64,000 nt of DNA from assembly GCA_045120465.1 (NCBI GenBank), contig JBGVEW010000071.1:6444-70443 (forward strand), given 5' to 3'. Position numbers and translations under genes: made by a program. Shown here piece by piece: positions 16,381 through 24,979 of the stretch. The DNA comes from Eubacteriales bacterium. GTDB lineage: Bacteria; Bacillota; Clostridia; Oscillospirales; CAG-272. The notes below the pieces were generated by a model that did not search any database, was not told where the DNA came from, and saw only the letters and a list, made by a program, of their open reading frames with translations. Position 1 is the stretch's first letter. Every line of letters begins with the position of its first letter.

Positions 16381-19300
16381 ATGAACGGATTCGTACACCT
16401 GCATCTGCATAGCGAATACAGTCTTTTGGACGGTGCTTGCCGCATTGACGAGATCCCGCGTCGGGTCAAGGAATGCGGTCAGGAGGCGGTTGCCATCACC
16501 GACCACGGCGTAATGTACGGTGTGATCGCGTTCGACCTGGCTTGCCGACGCGAGGGGGTGCATCCCATCATCGGATGCGAGGTTTACGTTGCTCCCACTT
16601 CACGCTTTGATAAGACCAACGGCGGTGACGGATATGCGGATCACTTGGTGCTTCTTTGTGAAAACATGGAAGGATATCGCAACCTAACCGAGTTGGTTTC
16701 CCGTTCCTTTACCGAGGGCTTTTACAACAAACCGCGCGTGGACGATGAGCTTCTTCGTACCTATTCGGGTGGTTTGATCGCGCTGTCCGCGTGTCTTGGC
16801 GGTCGTATTCCCAAGCTCCTTACCAAAGGGGAGTTTGCGCAGGCACGTGAGGTCGCAAAGCGGTATTCCGAGATCTTTGGAAAGGATCGCTTTTATATCG
16901 AAATTCAGGATCACGGATTGGCAGAGCAAAAAAGCGTGATGCCGCTCCTTTGCAATTTGGCAACCGAATTGAATCTTCCGCTGGTTGCCACCAACGATTG
17001 CCACTATCTGCGCCGCAAGGATGCCAATACGCAGGCGGTTTTGATGTGTATTCAAACCAATACCACCGTTGACGCGGGCAGACCTGCCGCCTTTGCAACG
17101 GACGAGTTCTATCTCAAGGACACCAACGAGATGGAAATGACCTTCCGTCGCTATCCCGAGGCGATTGCAAATACCCGACGGATCGCGGAGCGTTGCAACG
17201 TGGAGTTCGATTTTTCCACCACGTATTTGCCAAAATTCCCATGCCCCGCAGGAAAAGACGCGCATACGTATCTCAAAGAGCTTGCATTTGCGGGCTTTGA
17301 GGATCGTATTGCCAAGGGGCATATCGTGTTCGATACCCATACGCGTGAGGATTATCTTGCGCGCATGGAGTACGAGATCTCCGTAATTTGCGAGATGGGG
17401 TATGCCGACTATTTTTTAATCGTGCAGGATTACGTCAACTTTGCGCGCTCCAAGGATATTCCCGTAGGGCCCGGGCGTGGTTCCGGTGCGGGAAGCCTTG
17501 TCGCATACGTGCTTGGAATCACTGACGTGGATTCCATCAAATTCGATCTTCTCTTTGAACGTTTTCTCAATCCCGAGCGTGTCAGTATGCCGGATATCGA
17601 TATCGATTTTTGCTACAACCGCCGCGACGAGGTCATCGAATACGTCGGCAAAAAATACGGAGAGGATCACGTTTCGCAAATCGTTACCTTTGGTACGCTT
17701 GCCGCACGTGCGGCGATCCGTGACGTGGGGCGCGCTCTCGGAATGTCTTATGCCGACGTGGATGCGGTGGCACGCGCCATTCCGCAGGAGCTGAATATTA
17801 CCATTGCTCACGCATTAAAGCTTCCCGATCTGAAAAATCTGTACGAAAATTCTTCCGACGTGCGCCGTTTGGTGGATACTGCTATGGCACTGGAGGGAAT
17901 GCCGCGTAATATCTCCATCCACGCGGCGGGCGTTGTCATCACCGACCGTCCCATTTCTTCCTACGTTCCTCTTTCGATGAGCAACGGAACGGTGGTTACG
18001 CAATTCGATATGGATACGGTCGCCAAATTGGGGCTTCTGAAATTCGATTTTCTCGCGCTTCGCTATCTGACCATCATTCACGATGCGGAGGAGATGGTTC
18101 GAGAGACCGCCCCCGATTTTGATATCAAAAAGCTACCGTTTGACGATCGTGAGACCTATGCGCTGATCTCGTCCGGCAAAACGGGCGGGGTGTTCCAGTT
18201 GGAGTCGGGAGGTATGCGGCAAATGCTGCAAAATCTCCAACCCGAAACGCTGGACGATATCATTGCCGCCATTGCGCTTTACCGTCCGGGACCGATGGAT
18301 TCGATCCCTACGTTCATCGAACGTCGCCACCACCCCGAATGCGTGGAGTATGCAACGCCGCAATTAGAGCCGATCTTGCGCTCCACCTACGGTTGCGTGG
18401 TGTATCAGGAGCAGGTCATGAACATTTTCCGCGAAATCGGCGGATATACCTTTGGGCACGCAGACGTTGTGCGTCGTGCCATGTCAAAGAAAAAGGCGGA
18501 CGTTCTGCTGTCCGAGCGCGAGGCGTTCGTGGCGGGAGCAGTGGAGCGTGGAATTGAGCGCGAGGTGGCGCAAACGCTCTTTACCGATATGGAGAGCTTT
18601 GCCAATTATGCCTTCAATAAATCTCACGCGGCAGCGTATGCGGTGATCTCTTACCGAACGGCGTATCTCAAACGTCACTATCCTCAGCAGTATTTTTCGG
18701 CACTCCTGACAAGTGTCCTCGGCAGCCAGACCAAGGTTGCCGAATACATTGCGGAGGCTTCCTCTCGCGGGATCCGCGTTCTGCCGCCCGATATCAATGA
18801 GAGCCGTATGTATTTTTCTACCGACGGAGGCAATATCCGCTTTGGTCTGCTGGCACTGAAAAACGTAGGACCGCAGTTTTTGAACCAGATCTTTGAAGAA
18901 CGCCGTCGCGGTGCGTTTACCTCGTTTGAGGATTTTGTTAACCGTATGCCTGCGGGAGATTTGAACCGACGCATGGTGGAGGCACTGATCAAGGGGGGAG
19001 CATTTGACCGCCTCGGTGTGTATCGAAGCCGTTTGTTGGCGGTTTACGAAATGATGCTCGATCGCGCGTCGGAAAAGGGAAGAAACAATCTGGAAGGTCA
19101 GCTTGATATGTTTTCTTCGGTGGGAATGGGAGAAGCGGTTGCACCGTCGGTCGAATTCCCCGAAATTCCCGAGCTTGGTGTGCGCGAAAAGCTGATGATG
19201 GAAAAGGAAGCCGCAGGAATGTATTTTTCGGGCAATATGCTGGACGAATATCAAAGGCATCTTGAAACGCTTTCGGTTACCGAGCTTTCCGAAATTGTTG

Positions 19301-19896
19301 GTGAGGACGCCGATCCCGTGGAAAAGGCACCCGTCACCGTTGCGGGCATGATTACCTCCGTCACGGTCAAAAACACCAAAAACGGTGAACGTATGGCGTT
19401 TTTTACCTTAGAGGATCGCATGGCAGAGATCGAGTGCGTCGTGTTCTCACGCGCGTTTGGCGAGCTGGCGCATCTGATCCGCAAGGACAGCGGCGTATCT
19501 GTGACGGGAACGCTTTCCTTGCGTGAGGACGAGCCGCCCAAAATTTTGGTTCGAACGGTGGAAGAGTTGATCGAAAACAACCGCTTCGATCCCTCCAAGC
19601 ATCAAAAGCCTACCGTCGTCCCGGTGAAGGAAGTGCGTGCGGAGGAGGCGGCCGCGCATAAGTCTCCGACCGTCAAATTGCCGTCAAGGTTGTTTTTGCG
19701 CGTACCCGATGCAAAGGGAGAGCTTTATCTGAAGGCGTGGAATCTTGCCGGGATCTTTGAAGGGGATTTTCCGCTTTATTTCTATTATGCCGACGAAAAA
19801 CGCTATGAAATCACCCCGATCGGTATTTCGATGAGCGACTATTTATTAAAGGAATTCAAAGCCCTTTTGGGGGATGAAAACGTGATTTTAAAGTAA
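16381..19896 (+). CDS. dnaE: DNA polymerase III alpha subunit (DnaE type)
   Basis: 1171 aa. PHP domain FVHLHLHSEYSLLDGA, catalytic GPGRGSGAGSLVAYVLGIT, MPDIDIDF, and a C-terminal OB fold. Confidence 0.96.
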   Translation: MNGFVHLHLHSEYSLLDGACRIDEIPRRVKECGQEAVAITDHGVMYGVIAFDLACRREGVHPIIGCEVYVAPTSRFDKTNGGDGYADHLVLLCENMEGYRNLTELVSRSFTEGFYNKPRVDDELLRTYSGGLIALSACLGGRIPKLLTKGEFAQAREVAKRYSEIFGKDRFYIEIQDHGLAEQKSVMPLLCNLATELNLPLVATNDCHYLRRKDANTQAVLMCIQTNTTVDAGRPAAFATDEFYLKDTNEMEMTFRRYPEAIANTRRIAERCNVEFDFSTTYLPKFPCPAGKDAHTYLKELAFAGFEDRIAKGHIVFDTHTREDYLARMEYEISVICEMGYADYFLIVQDYVNFARSKDIPVGPGRGSGAGSLVAYVLGITDVDSIKFDLLFERFLNPERVSMPDIDIDFCYNRRDEVIEYVGKKYGEDHVSQIVTFGTLAARAAIRDVGRALGMSYADVDAVARAIPQELNITIAHALKLPDLKNLYENSSDVRRLVDTAMALEGMPRNISIHAAGVVITDRPISSYVPLSMSNGTVVTQFDMDTVAKLGLLKFDFLALRYLTIIHDAEEMVRETAPDFDIKKLPFDDRETYALISSGKTGGVFQLESGGMRQMLQNLQPETLDDIIAAIALYRPGPMDSIPTFIERRHHPECVEYATPQLEPILRSTYGCVVYQEQVMNIFREIGGYTFGHADVVRRAMSKKKADVLLSEREAFVAGAVERGIEREVAQTLFTDMESFANYAFNKSHAAAYAVISYRTAYLKRHYPQQYFSALLTSVLGSQTKVAEYIAEASSRGIRVLPPDINESRMYFSTDGGNIRFGLLALKNVGPQFLNQIFEERRRGAFTSFEDFVNRMPAGDLNRRMVEALIKGGAFDRLGVYRSRLLAVYEMMLDRASEKGRNNLEGQLDMFSSVGMGEAVAPSVEFPEIPELGVREKLMMEKEAAGMYFSGNMLDEYQRHLETLSVTELSEIVGEDADPVEKAPVTVAGMITSVTVKNTKNGERMAFFTLEDRMAEIECVVFSRAFGELAHLIRKDSGVSVTGTLSLREDEPPKILVRTVEELIENNRFDPSKHQKPTVVPVKEVRAEEAAAHKSPTVKLPSRLFLRVPDAKGELYLKAWNLAGIFEGDFPLYFYYADEKRYEITPIGISMSDYLLKEFKALLGDENVILK

Positions 19897-19908
19897 AAAA
19901 GGAGAGCT

Positions 19909-20613
19909 ATGATCAAATTCGTTTTTCTGGATCTTGACGATACGCTGTTGGATTTTCACCGTTCGGAGGAGGTCGCCATCCGCAAAACCGTCAAAACGCT
20001 TGCCGACCGCGAGATCGGGGAAGCGGAGATCGCGCTGTATCGCACCGTAAACGAGGGATATTGGAAAAAATTAGAGCGCGGTGAAATTTCGCGCGATGCA
20101 TTGCGTGTGGCAAGATTTGAGGAGTTTTTTGCTGAGCTGGGGCTTCACGCTTCGGCACAAATGGCAAAAAACGTGTACGAGAATGCTCTGGGCATGGGAC
20201 ACTATTTTATCGAAGGCGCACCGAGCCTTTTGATGCAGCTTTCCAAGCAATACGCGTTGTATCTTGCTTCCAACGGTACGGCAAGCGTTCAGCACAGCAG
20301 AATCGAACGTTCGGGAATCGCTCGTTATTTTCAAGGAATCTTCATTTCCGAGGAGCTGGGTGTCAATAAACCCGATCCCGCATATTTTGACGCGTGTTTT
20401 CGCACGATCCCGGATTTTGATCCGCGCAGTGCGATGATTCTGGGAGACAGCCTGACCTCGGATATCTTGGGAGGACTCAACGCAGGGATCTTAACCTGCC
20501 GCTTCAATCCCAAGGCGTTGCCACCGCGTGAGGATATCCAACCGCATTTTGAAATTTCCAAGCTTTCGCAATTTCCTGCACTTTTGGAACAAATCAACGC
20601 AAAAAATGCGTAA
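19909..20613 (+). CDS. HAD-superfamily hydrolase (YjjG-like nucleotidase subgroup is plausible)
   Basis: FLDLDDTLLDF (DxDxT), LASNG, KPDPAYF and GDSLTSDI motifs. Confidence 0.8.
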   Translation: MIKFVFLDLDDTLLDFHRSEEVAIRKTVKTLADREIGEAEIALYRTVNEGYWKKLERGEISRDALRVARFEEFFAELGLHASAQMAKNVYENALGMGHYFIEGAPSLLMQLSKQYALYLASNGTASVQHSRIERSGIARYFQGIFISEELGVNKPDPAYFDACFRTIPDFDPRSAMILGDSLTSDILGGLNAGILTCRFNPKALPPREDIQPHFEISKLSQFPALLEQINAKNA

Positions 20614-20661
20614 AAACAGCGTTTTGCAACCGTCGGTTGACAAATTTTCAAGCCAACTTGC

Positions 20662-20690
20662 TTGAATATACCCCCGAATTTTGCTATGAT
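20662..20690 (+). promoter_or_regulatory. candidate promoter for the XRE regulator gene
   Basis: TTGAAT (20662-20667), 17 nt spacer, TATGAT (20685-20690). Confidence 0.4.
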
Positions 20691-20742
20691 AAGGGTGCGG
20701 AAGGGAACTGCCTTCCGATTCTACCGAAACGAGGTATCGCTT

Positions 20743-21726
20743 ATGAAGTTAGCAGACAAAATTATTCGAGAACGTAAAAAAATGGGCTGGTCGCAAGAAG
20801 AACTTGCCGAGCGGCTTGACGTTTCGCGCCAATCGGTATCCAAGTGGGAGGGCGGGCTTTCCGTTCCCGAATTGGATAAGATCATTGCGATGAGCGATTT
20901 GTTTGGGGTAAGTACCGATTATTTGTTGAAGGCGACGGACGACGGGGAAAAGGAAGAAAAGAGTCCCGAAAACGTTCTTGCCTCCAACGGGGAGCGCATT
21001 CCTCGTGCTTTGGATGAAAACTACGTGGAGGGATATCTGTCCTTGGTGCGCAATTCCGCCGTTCGTATCGCCGTTGGAGTCATGCTTTGCATCCTGTCCC
21101 CCATTACGCTGATTCTTCTTGGTGGCATTTCCGATCTTTACGGCGTACCCACCGAAAATCTTTCCGTATGCATCGGAATGCTGGCGTTGCTTCTTCTGAT
21201 CGGTGCAGCATTGGTGCTGTTTATTCCAACGGGTCTCGCGCTTTCCGTGTATGATGCGCTCGAAAAAGAACCGTTTTCCTTACGCACGGAAACAGAATTA
21301 CGCGTTCGCGCGCTTTATGAAGCATATGCACCGCGTCACCGTTTTTGCGTTACGGTGGGTGTTTTGCTGTGCGTGTTGGGGATCGTTCCGCTGCTTACCG
21401 TTTCCATTTTGACGCAAAACGAGCTGATTTCGATTCTTTCGATTGGATTTTTGCTTCTTTGCGTATCCATCGGAGTTGCCGTTTTGGTGCGCTCCTCCAA
21501 CGTCAACGAGGCTTATGAAAAGCTTCTCAGGATTGGTGAGTATTCCAAATTTCGCCATTCGTTTGGAAATCTGATAGATTCGATGTACTGGGGATTGACC
21601 ACGGTTCTCTATCTCGTCCTTTCTTTCTTGACGGGAGCGTGGGGGGTGACGTGGATCATCTGGGTTTTGGCAGGCGTTCTTTCTCCTCTCATCGAGATTT
21701 GGACGGGAAAACGTGAAAATTCGTAA
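20743..21726 (+). CDS. XRE-family helix-turn-helix regulator fused to a polytopic membrane domain
   Basis: Start at ATG 20743 (MKLADKIIRERKKMGWSQEELAERLDVSRQSVSKWEGG, a Cro/C1 HTH). It continues with about 6 hydrophobic helices. Confidence 0.75.
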   Translation: MKLADKIIRERKKMGWSQEELAERLDVSRQSVSKWEGGLSVPELDKIIAMSDLFGVSTDYLLKATDDGEKEEKSPENVLASNGERIPRALDENYVEGYLSLVRNSAVRIAVGVMLCILSPITLILLGGISDLYGVPTENLSVCIGMLALLLLIGAALVLFIPTGLALSVYDALEKEPFSLRTETELRVRALYEAYAPRHRFCVTVGVLLCVLGIVPLLTVSILTQNELISILSIGFLLLCVSIGVAVLVRSSNVNEAYEKLLRIGEYSKFRHSFGNLIDSMYWGLTTVLYLVLSFLTGAWGVTWIIWVLAGVLSPLIEIWTGKRENS

Positions 21727-21750
21727 AGAAATTTGAACAATCCATAAAAA

Positions 21751-21785
21751 AGAGACCGCTCTCTTGCCAAGGCGGTCTCTTTTGT
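21751..21785 (+). terminator. intrinsic terminator after the XRE regulator gene
   Basis: AGAGACCGC-(12 nt)-GCGGTCTCT followed by TTTGTG. The U-tract is short. Confidence 0.5.
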
Positions 21786-21793
21786 GATATAAT
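21764..21793 (+). promoter_or_regulatory. candidate promoter for the FAD oxidoreductase gene
   Basis: TTGCCA (21764-21769), 18 nt spacer, TGa-TATAAT (21788-21793). Confidence 0.4.
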
Positions 21794-21822
21794 GAGAAAA
21801 AACAAGGATGGGAGTTGTGGTT

Positions 21823-23019
21823 ATGGATATTCAAACGGTTACCAAAAAAGAACGCGACGTGATCGTTGTAGGCGGCGGTATCGGCGGTGTGAGCGCGGCA
21901 GTTGCGGCGGCACGCGCGGGAGCCGATGTCTTGTTGATCGAAAAAAGCATCAATCTCGGCGGTCTTGCTACGCGCGGACTGATCAGCTGGTACGAGCCTC
22001 TTTGCGACGGTGAAGGGCATAAGATGGTAGGCGGAATCGGAGAGGAATTGATCCGCCTGGCCGTTTCGGTGGGGCTGGAAGATCTCCCCGTTGCGTGGGG
22101 CGGAAGTGAAAAACACGCGCACGAGGGGCGTAAACGTTATGCTACGCACTATTCTCCCACCTTTTTCTCCTTGGCTCTTGACCGATGGGTGCTTTCTTCA
22201 GGTGTTGAAATGGTACTGGATTCCCACGCGACCTATCCCGTGATGGAGGGAAAAATTTGCCGCGGTATTTTGGTTGAGGATGCGGGGGGAAGAAGCTTTT
22301 ATCCCGCCAAAATGATTATTGATGCTACGGGAGATGCAACGGTTGCTTACCGCGCGGGGGTTCCGTGTGAGCTTGGGAATAACTTTTTGAGCTATTGGGT
22401 GCATGATTTTACGTTTGAGAGTGCAAAAAAATACGCAAGCGACGGCAATCTTGCGCGCTTTCGGCATTGGAACTGTACGGGTTCTGCCGCAAACGGAACG
22501 GGACACCCCGAGGGAATGAAGCTGTTTCACGGTGACAGTGCCGAGGAGATCACCGAATTTATCCGTCTCGGCAAGGAGATGATGTGGAAAAAATACGAGG
22601 GGATGCCTGTGGATTCCCGTGAGATCATGATGCTCCCCGAAATGCCGCAGTTCCGCACCATTCGCCGCATCGTCGGAAAAGCTACCTTTGAGGGAACCGA
22701 GGATGGGATCGTTTGTGCACATCCGATCGGTGCGATCGGTGACTTCCGCCGCTCGGGAACGCATTATACCATTCCATATGAGACACTCTATCATCCCGAT
22801 TATCCCAACATCCTTACGGCAGGGCGTATCATCAGTGCCGTGGGAGAGGGATGGGAGATCACCCGCGTGATCCCGGGATGTGCCCTGACGGGAGAAGCCG
22901 CAGGCGTTTCCGCCGCGCTGGCACTTCGGCACGGCAATTCCGCCGAAGCCGTGCCGTATGAGGCTCTGCGCACGCGGCTTGTCCAAAACAAGGTTTTGTT
23001 TGAGATCGGCGGGGTGTAA
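21823..23019 (+). CDS. FAD-dependent oxidoreductase
   Basis: Start MDIQTVTKKERDVIVVGGGIGGVSAAVAAARAGADVLLIEK, a GxGxxG dinucleotide-binding fold. Confidence 0.75.
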   Translation: MDIQTVTKKERDVIVVGGGIGGVSAAVAAARAGADVLLIEKSINLGGLATRGLISWYEPLCDGEGHKMVGGIGEELIRLAVSVGLEDLPVAWGGSEKHAHEGRKRYATHYSPTFFSLALDRWVLSSGVEMVLDSHATYPVMEGKICRGILVEDAGGRSFYPAKMIIDATGDATVAYRAGVPCELGNNFLSYWVHDFTFESAKKYASDGNLARFRHWNCTGSAANGTGHPEGMKLFHGDSAEEITEFIRLGKEMMWKKYEGMPVDSREIMMLPEMPQFRTIRRIVGKATFEGTEDGIVCAHPIGAIGDFRRSGTHYTIPYETLYHPDYPNILTAGRIISAVGEGWEITRVIPGCALTGEAAGVSAALALRHGNSAEAVPYEALRTRLVQNKVLFEIGGV

Positions 23020-23027
23020 TATCAATT

Positions 23028-23199
23028 GGGGGTGAGTCAAATGCGAAAACGCATTTGGTACTCACCCCCGTGGTTTTTGTTTTGGCGGTTGAACACCGCC
23101 ATTTTTTCCTCATAAGAGGCAAAAAACAACAAATTCCCCGGCGCAAAAAATCCTACCGTCGCCTTTTTCGCGCGGGGGCTGAGTCATTGACTCAGCCCC
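23028..23199. repeat. structured intergenic repeat of about 170 bp, copy A (five consecutive stem-loops). SL1 doubles as the terminator of the upstream gene
   Basis: SL1: GGGGGTGAGTCAAATGC-gaaaac-GCATTTGgtACTCACCCCC (23028-23069), followed by GTGGTTTTTGTTTTGG. SL2: GGCGGT-tgaac-ACCGCC. SL3: CCTC-ataa-GAGG. SL4: GCGCAAAAAAT..CTTTTTCGCGC (imperfect). SL5: GGGGCTGAGTCA-t-TGACTCAGCCCC (perfect). It is nearly identical to 59320..59489, and SL1 also occurs at 35340..35380. Confidence 0.75.
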
Positions 23200-23217
23200 A
23201 TCAATCTCTTTATCAAT

Positions 23218-24291
23218 TTACCCCTCAATAATTCCGCCGCCAAGTACGGTGTCACCGTCGTAAAGGACCACGGACTGTCCTGCCGTAATGGCGCGTTGCG
23301 GTTCGTCAAATACCAAACGAATGGTGCTTGCCGAGGTTTGCTCCACCGTTGCGGGGGAAGCCTGTGCATTGTAGCGGATCTTTGCTTCTACACGCATGGG
23401 AGACGCGATCGAATCCACGGAGATGAGATTGACATCCTTTGCCGTTAATTCGGTGCGGAACAAGTCGGCGTTTTCTCCCAAGGTCACGGTGTTGTCCGCC
23501 ATGCTTTTTCCAAGGACGTAGGCGGGTTTTCCGAGCGCAATCCCCAGTCCCTTTCGTTGCCCTACGGTGTAGCGCAACGCTCCGTTGTGACGACCTAAAA
23601 CGCTGCCGTCGAGTGAAATAAAGTTGCCCGAGGGAAAGGATTGGTGGGTGTAACGCTCGATAAACGCGGCATAGTCACCGTCCGGAACAAAGCAGATGTC
23701 TTGGCTATCTTTGCGTGACGCATTGCAAAATCCGTGTCGCGCGGCAATGTCACGCACCTCTGCCTTGGTCAATTCTCCAAGCGGAAATACGGTGTGCGCC
23801 AGTTGCTCTTGCGTGAGTGACCAAAGCACGTAGGTCTGATCCTTGGTCGGATCAAGTGCGCGTTTCAACAGATAACGCCCGTCGGGAGCTTTTTCAACGC
23901 GCGCGTAGTGTCCCGTCGCCAACGCGTTGCATCCCAATTCTTTTGCCTTTTGCCAAAGCGTACCGAATTTCATGGTGCGGTTACATTGCACGCAAGGATT
24001 GGGAGTGTCTCCACACAGATAGGTGTTGACGAAATAATCGATGACGTTCGTGCGAAATGCTTCTGACAGATCGCAAATCGAAAAGGGGATCCCCAAGCGT
24101 TCGGCAACCTCTTGTGCCAAGCGGAGCTCCTCCGGATCACAGCAGGAGCGCTCGGTAGAAAAGGCAACGTCCGAGAGCGAAAAAAGCTTCATCGTAACCC
24201 CGGCGCAATCCCATCCGGCTTCTTTGAGCAGGAGTGCTGTGACGGTGCTGTCCACACCGCCGCTCATTGCGACCAGGATCTTGTTATCCAT
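23218..24291 (-). CDS. mnmA: tRNA 2-thiouridine(34) synthase
   Basis: MDNKILVAMSGGVDSTV (PP-loop), conserved Cys residues, and typical length of 357 aa. Confidence 0.93.
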   Translation of the reverse strand: MDNKILVAMSGGVDSTVTALLLKEAGWDCAGVTMKLFSLSDVAFSTERSCCDPEELRLAQEVAERLGIPFSICDLSEAFRTNVIDYFVNTYLCGDTPNPCVQCNRTMKFGTLWQKAKELGCNALATGHYARVEKAPDGRYLLKRALDPTKDQTYVLWSLTQEQLAHTVFPLGELTKAEVRDIAARHGFCNASRKDSQDICFVPDGDYAAFIERYTHQSFPSGNFISLDGSVLGRHNGALRYTVGQRKGLGIALGKPAYVLGKSMADNTVTLGENADLFRTELTAKDVNLISVDSIASPMRVEAKIRYNAQASPATVEQTSASTIRLVFDEPQRAITAGQSVVLYDGDTVLGGGIIEG

Positions 24292-24796
24292 TGCAGTCCT
24301 CCCAAGAAAAACGCGTCAATTCTCCCGCTGTTTTCAGATCTTCAAAGTTGTTTTGCCGCAAGATCTCGTAAACCGCGATCGCTACGGTGTTGGAAAGATT
24401 GAGAGAACGAAGCCCCTCTCTCATCGGAAGTCTGACGCAGGTCTCGGGATTTTGGAGCAACAGCTCCTCGGGGAGTCCCTTCGTTTCCTTTCCAAACATG
24501 ATGAATACGGGATCGGGATAGGAGATTTCGCTGTACACGTGCTTTGCCTTGGTGCTGAAATAATAGATCTTGGCATCGGGGTGCTTGGCGTAAAAATCAT
24601 CCAGACCGTCGTAGTAGGTAATATCCAATTGATGCCAGTAGTCAAGCCCCGCGCGCTTGAGCTTTTTGTCGTCGATGGTAAAGCCCAATGGGCGGATGAG
24701 GTGTAAGGACGCTCCCGTTGCAGCACAGGTGCGCGCGATATTGCCCGTGTTTTGCGGAATTTCGGGCTCGTGAAGAACGATATTGATCTTGCTCAT
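24284..24796 (-). CDS. trmL: tRNA (cytidine/uridine(34)-2'-O)-methyltransferase, SpoU/TrmL type
   Basis: Start moved to ATG 24796 (MSKINIVLHEPEIPQNTGNIARTCAATGASLHLI). SPOUT-type C-terminus (NLSNTVAIAVYEILRQ). Overlaps the mnmA start by 8 nt. Confidence 0.85.
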   Translation of the reverse strand: MSKINIVLHEPEIPQNTGNIARTCAATGASLHLIRPLGFTIDDKKLKRAGLDYWHQLDITYYDGLDDFYAKHPDAKIYYFSTKAKHVYSEISYPDPVFIMFGKETKGLPEELLLQNPETCVRLPMREGLRSLNLSNTVAIAVYEILRQNNFEDLKTAGELTRFSWEDCNG

Positions 24797-24979
24797 GCGT
24801 ATGGAGTCACCTTTCGGGAATTCTTTTTCATACATCATAGCACATTTTTTAAAAATCTGCAAGAGGAAAACGTAAAATTTACAATATTATAATATATTTT
24901 TATGTAAATTATAGTATAATAAATCCGAATATACTTTGGACGACCGTCCTCGGGCGGCAAAGAAAGGATCATACGAACC

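Noticed and set aside
22859-23146. ORFs running through the intergenic repeat: 22859..23146 (-), 59135..59413 (-), and a short plus-strand ORF starting at the ATG inside SL1 (23041)
   Set aside because: The similar peptides arise only because the DNA is repeated. Indels between copies (gaaaac versus gaaat in the SL1 loop) shift the frames, so no protein is conserved. Stem-preserving substitutions argue for a structural element.
24863-24979. Specific -35/-10 assignment for secA and trmL in the AT-rich divergent spacer
   Set aside because: Several overlapping TATAAT-like hexamers occur, but none has a convincing -35 at 16-18 nt. I do not commit to a promoter call.
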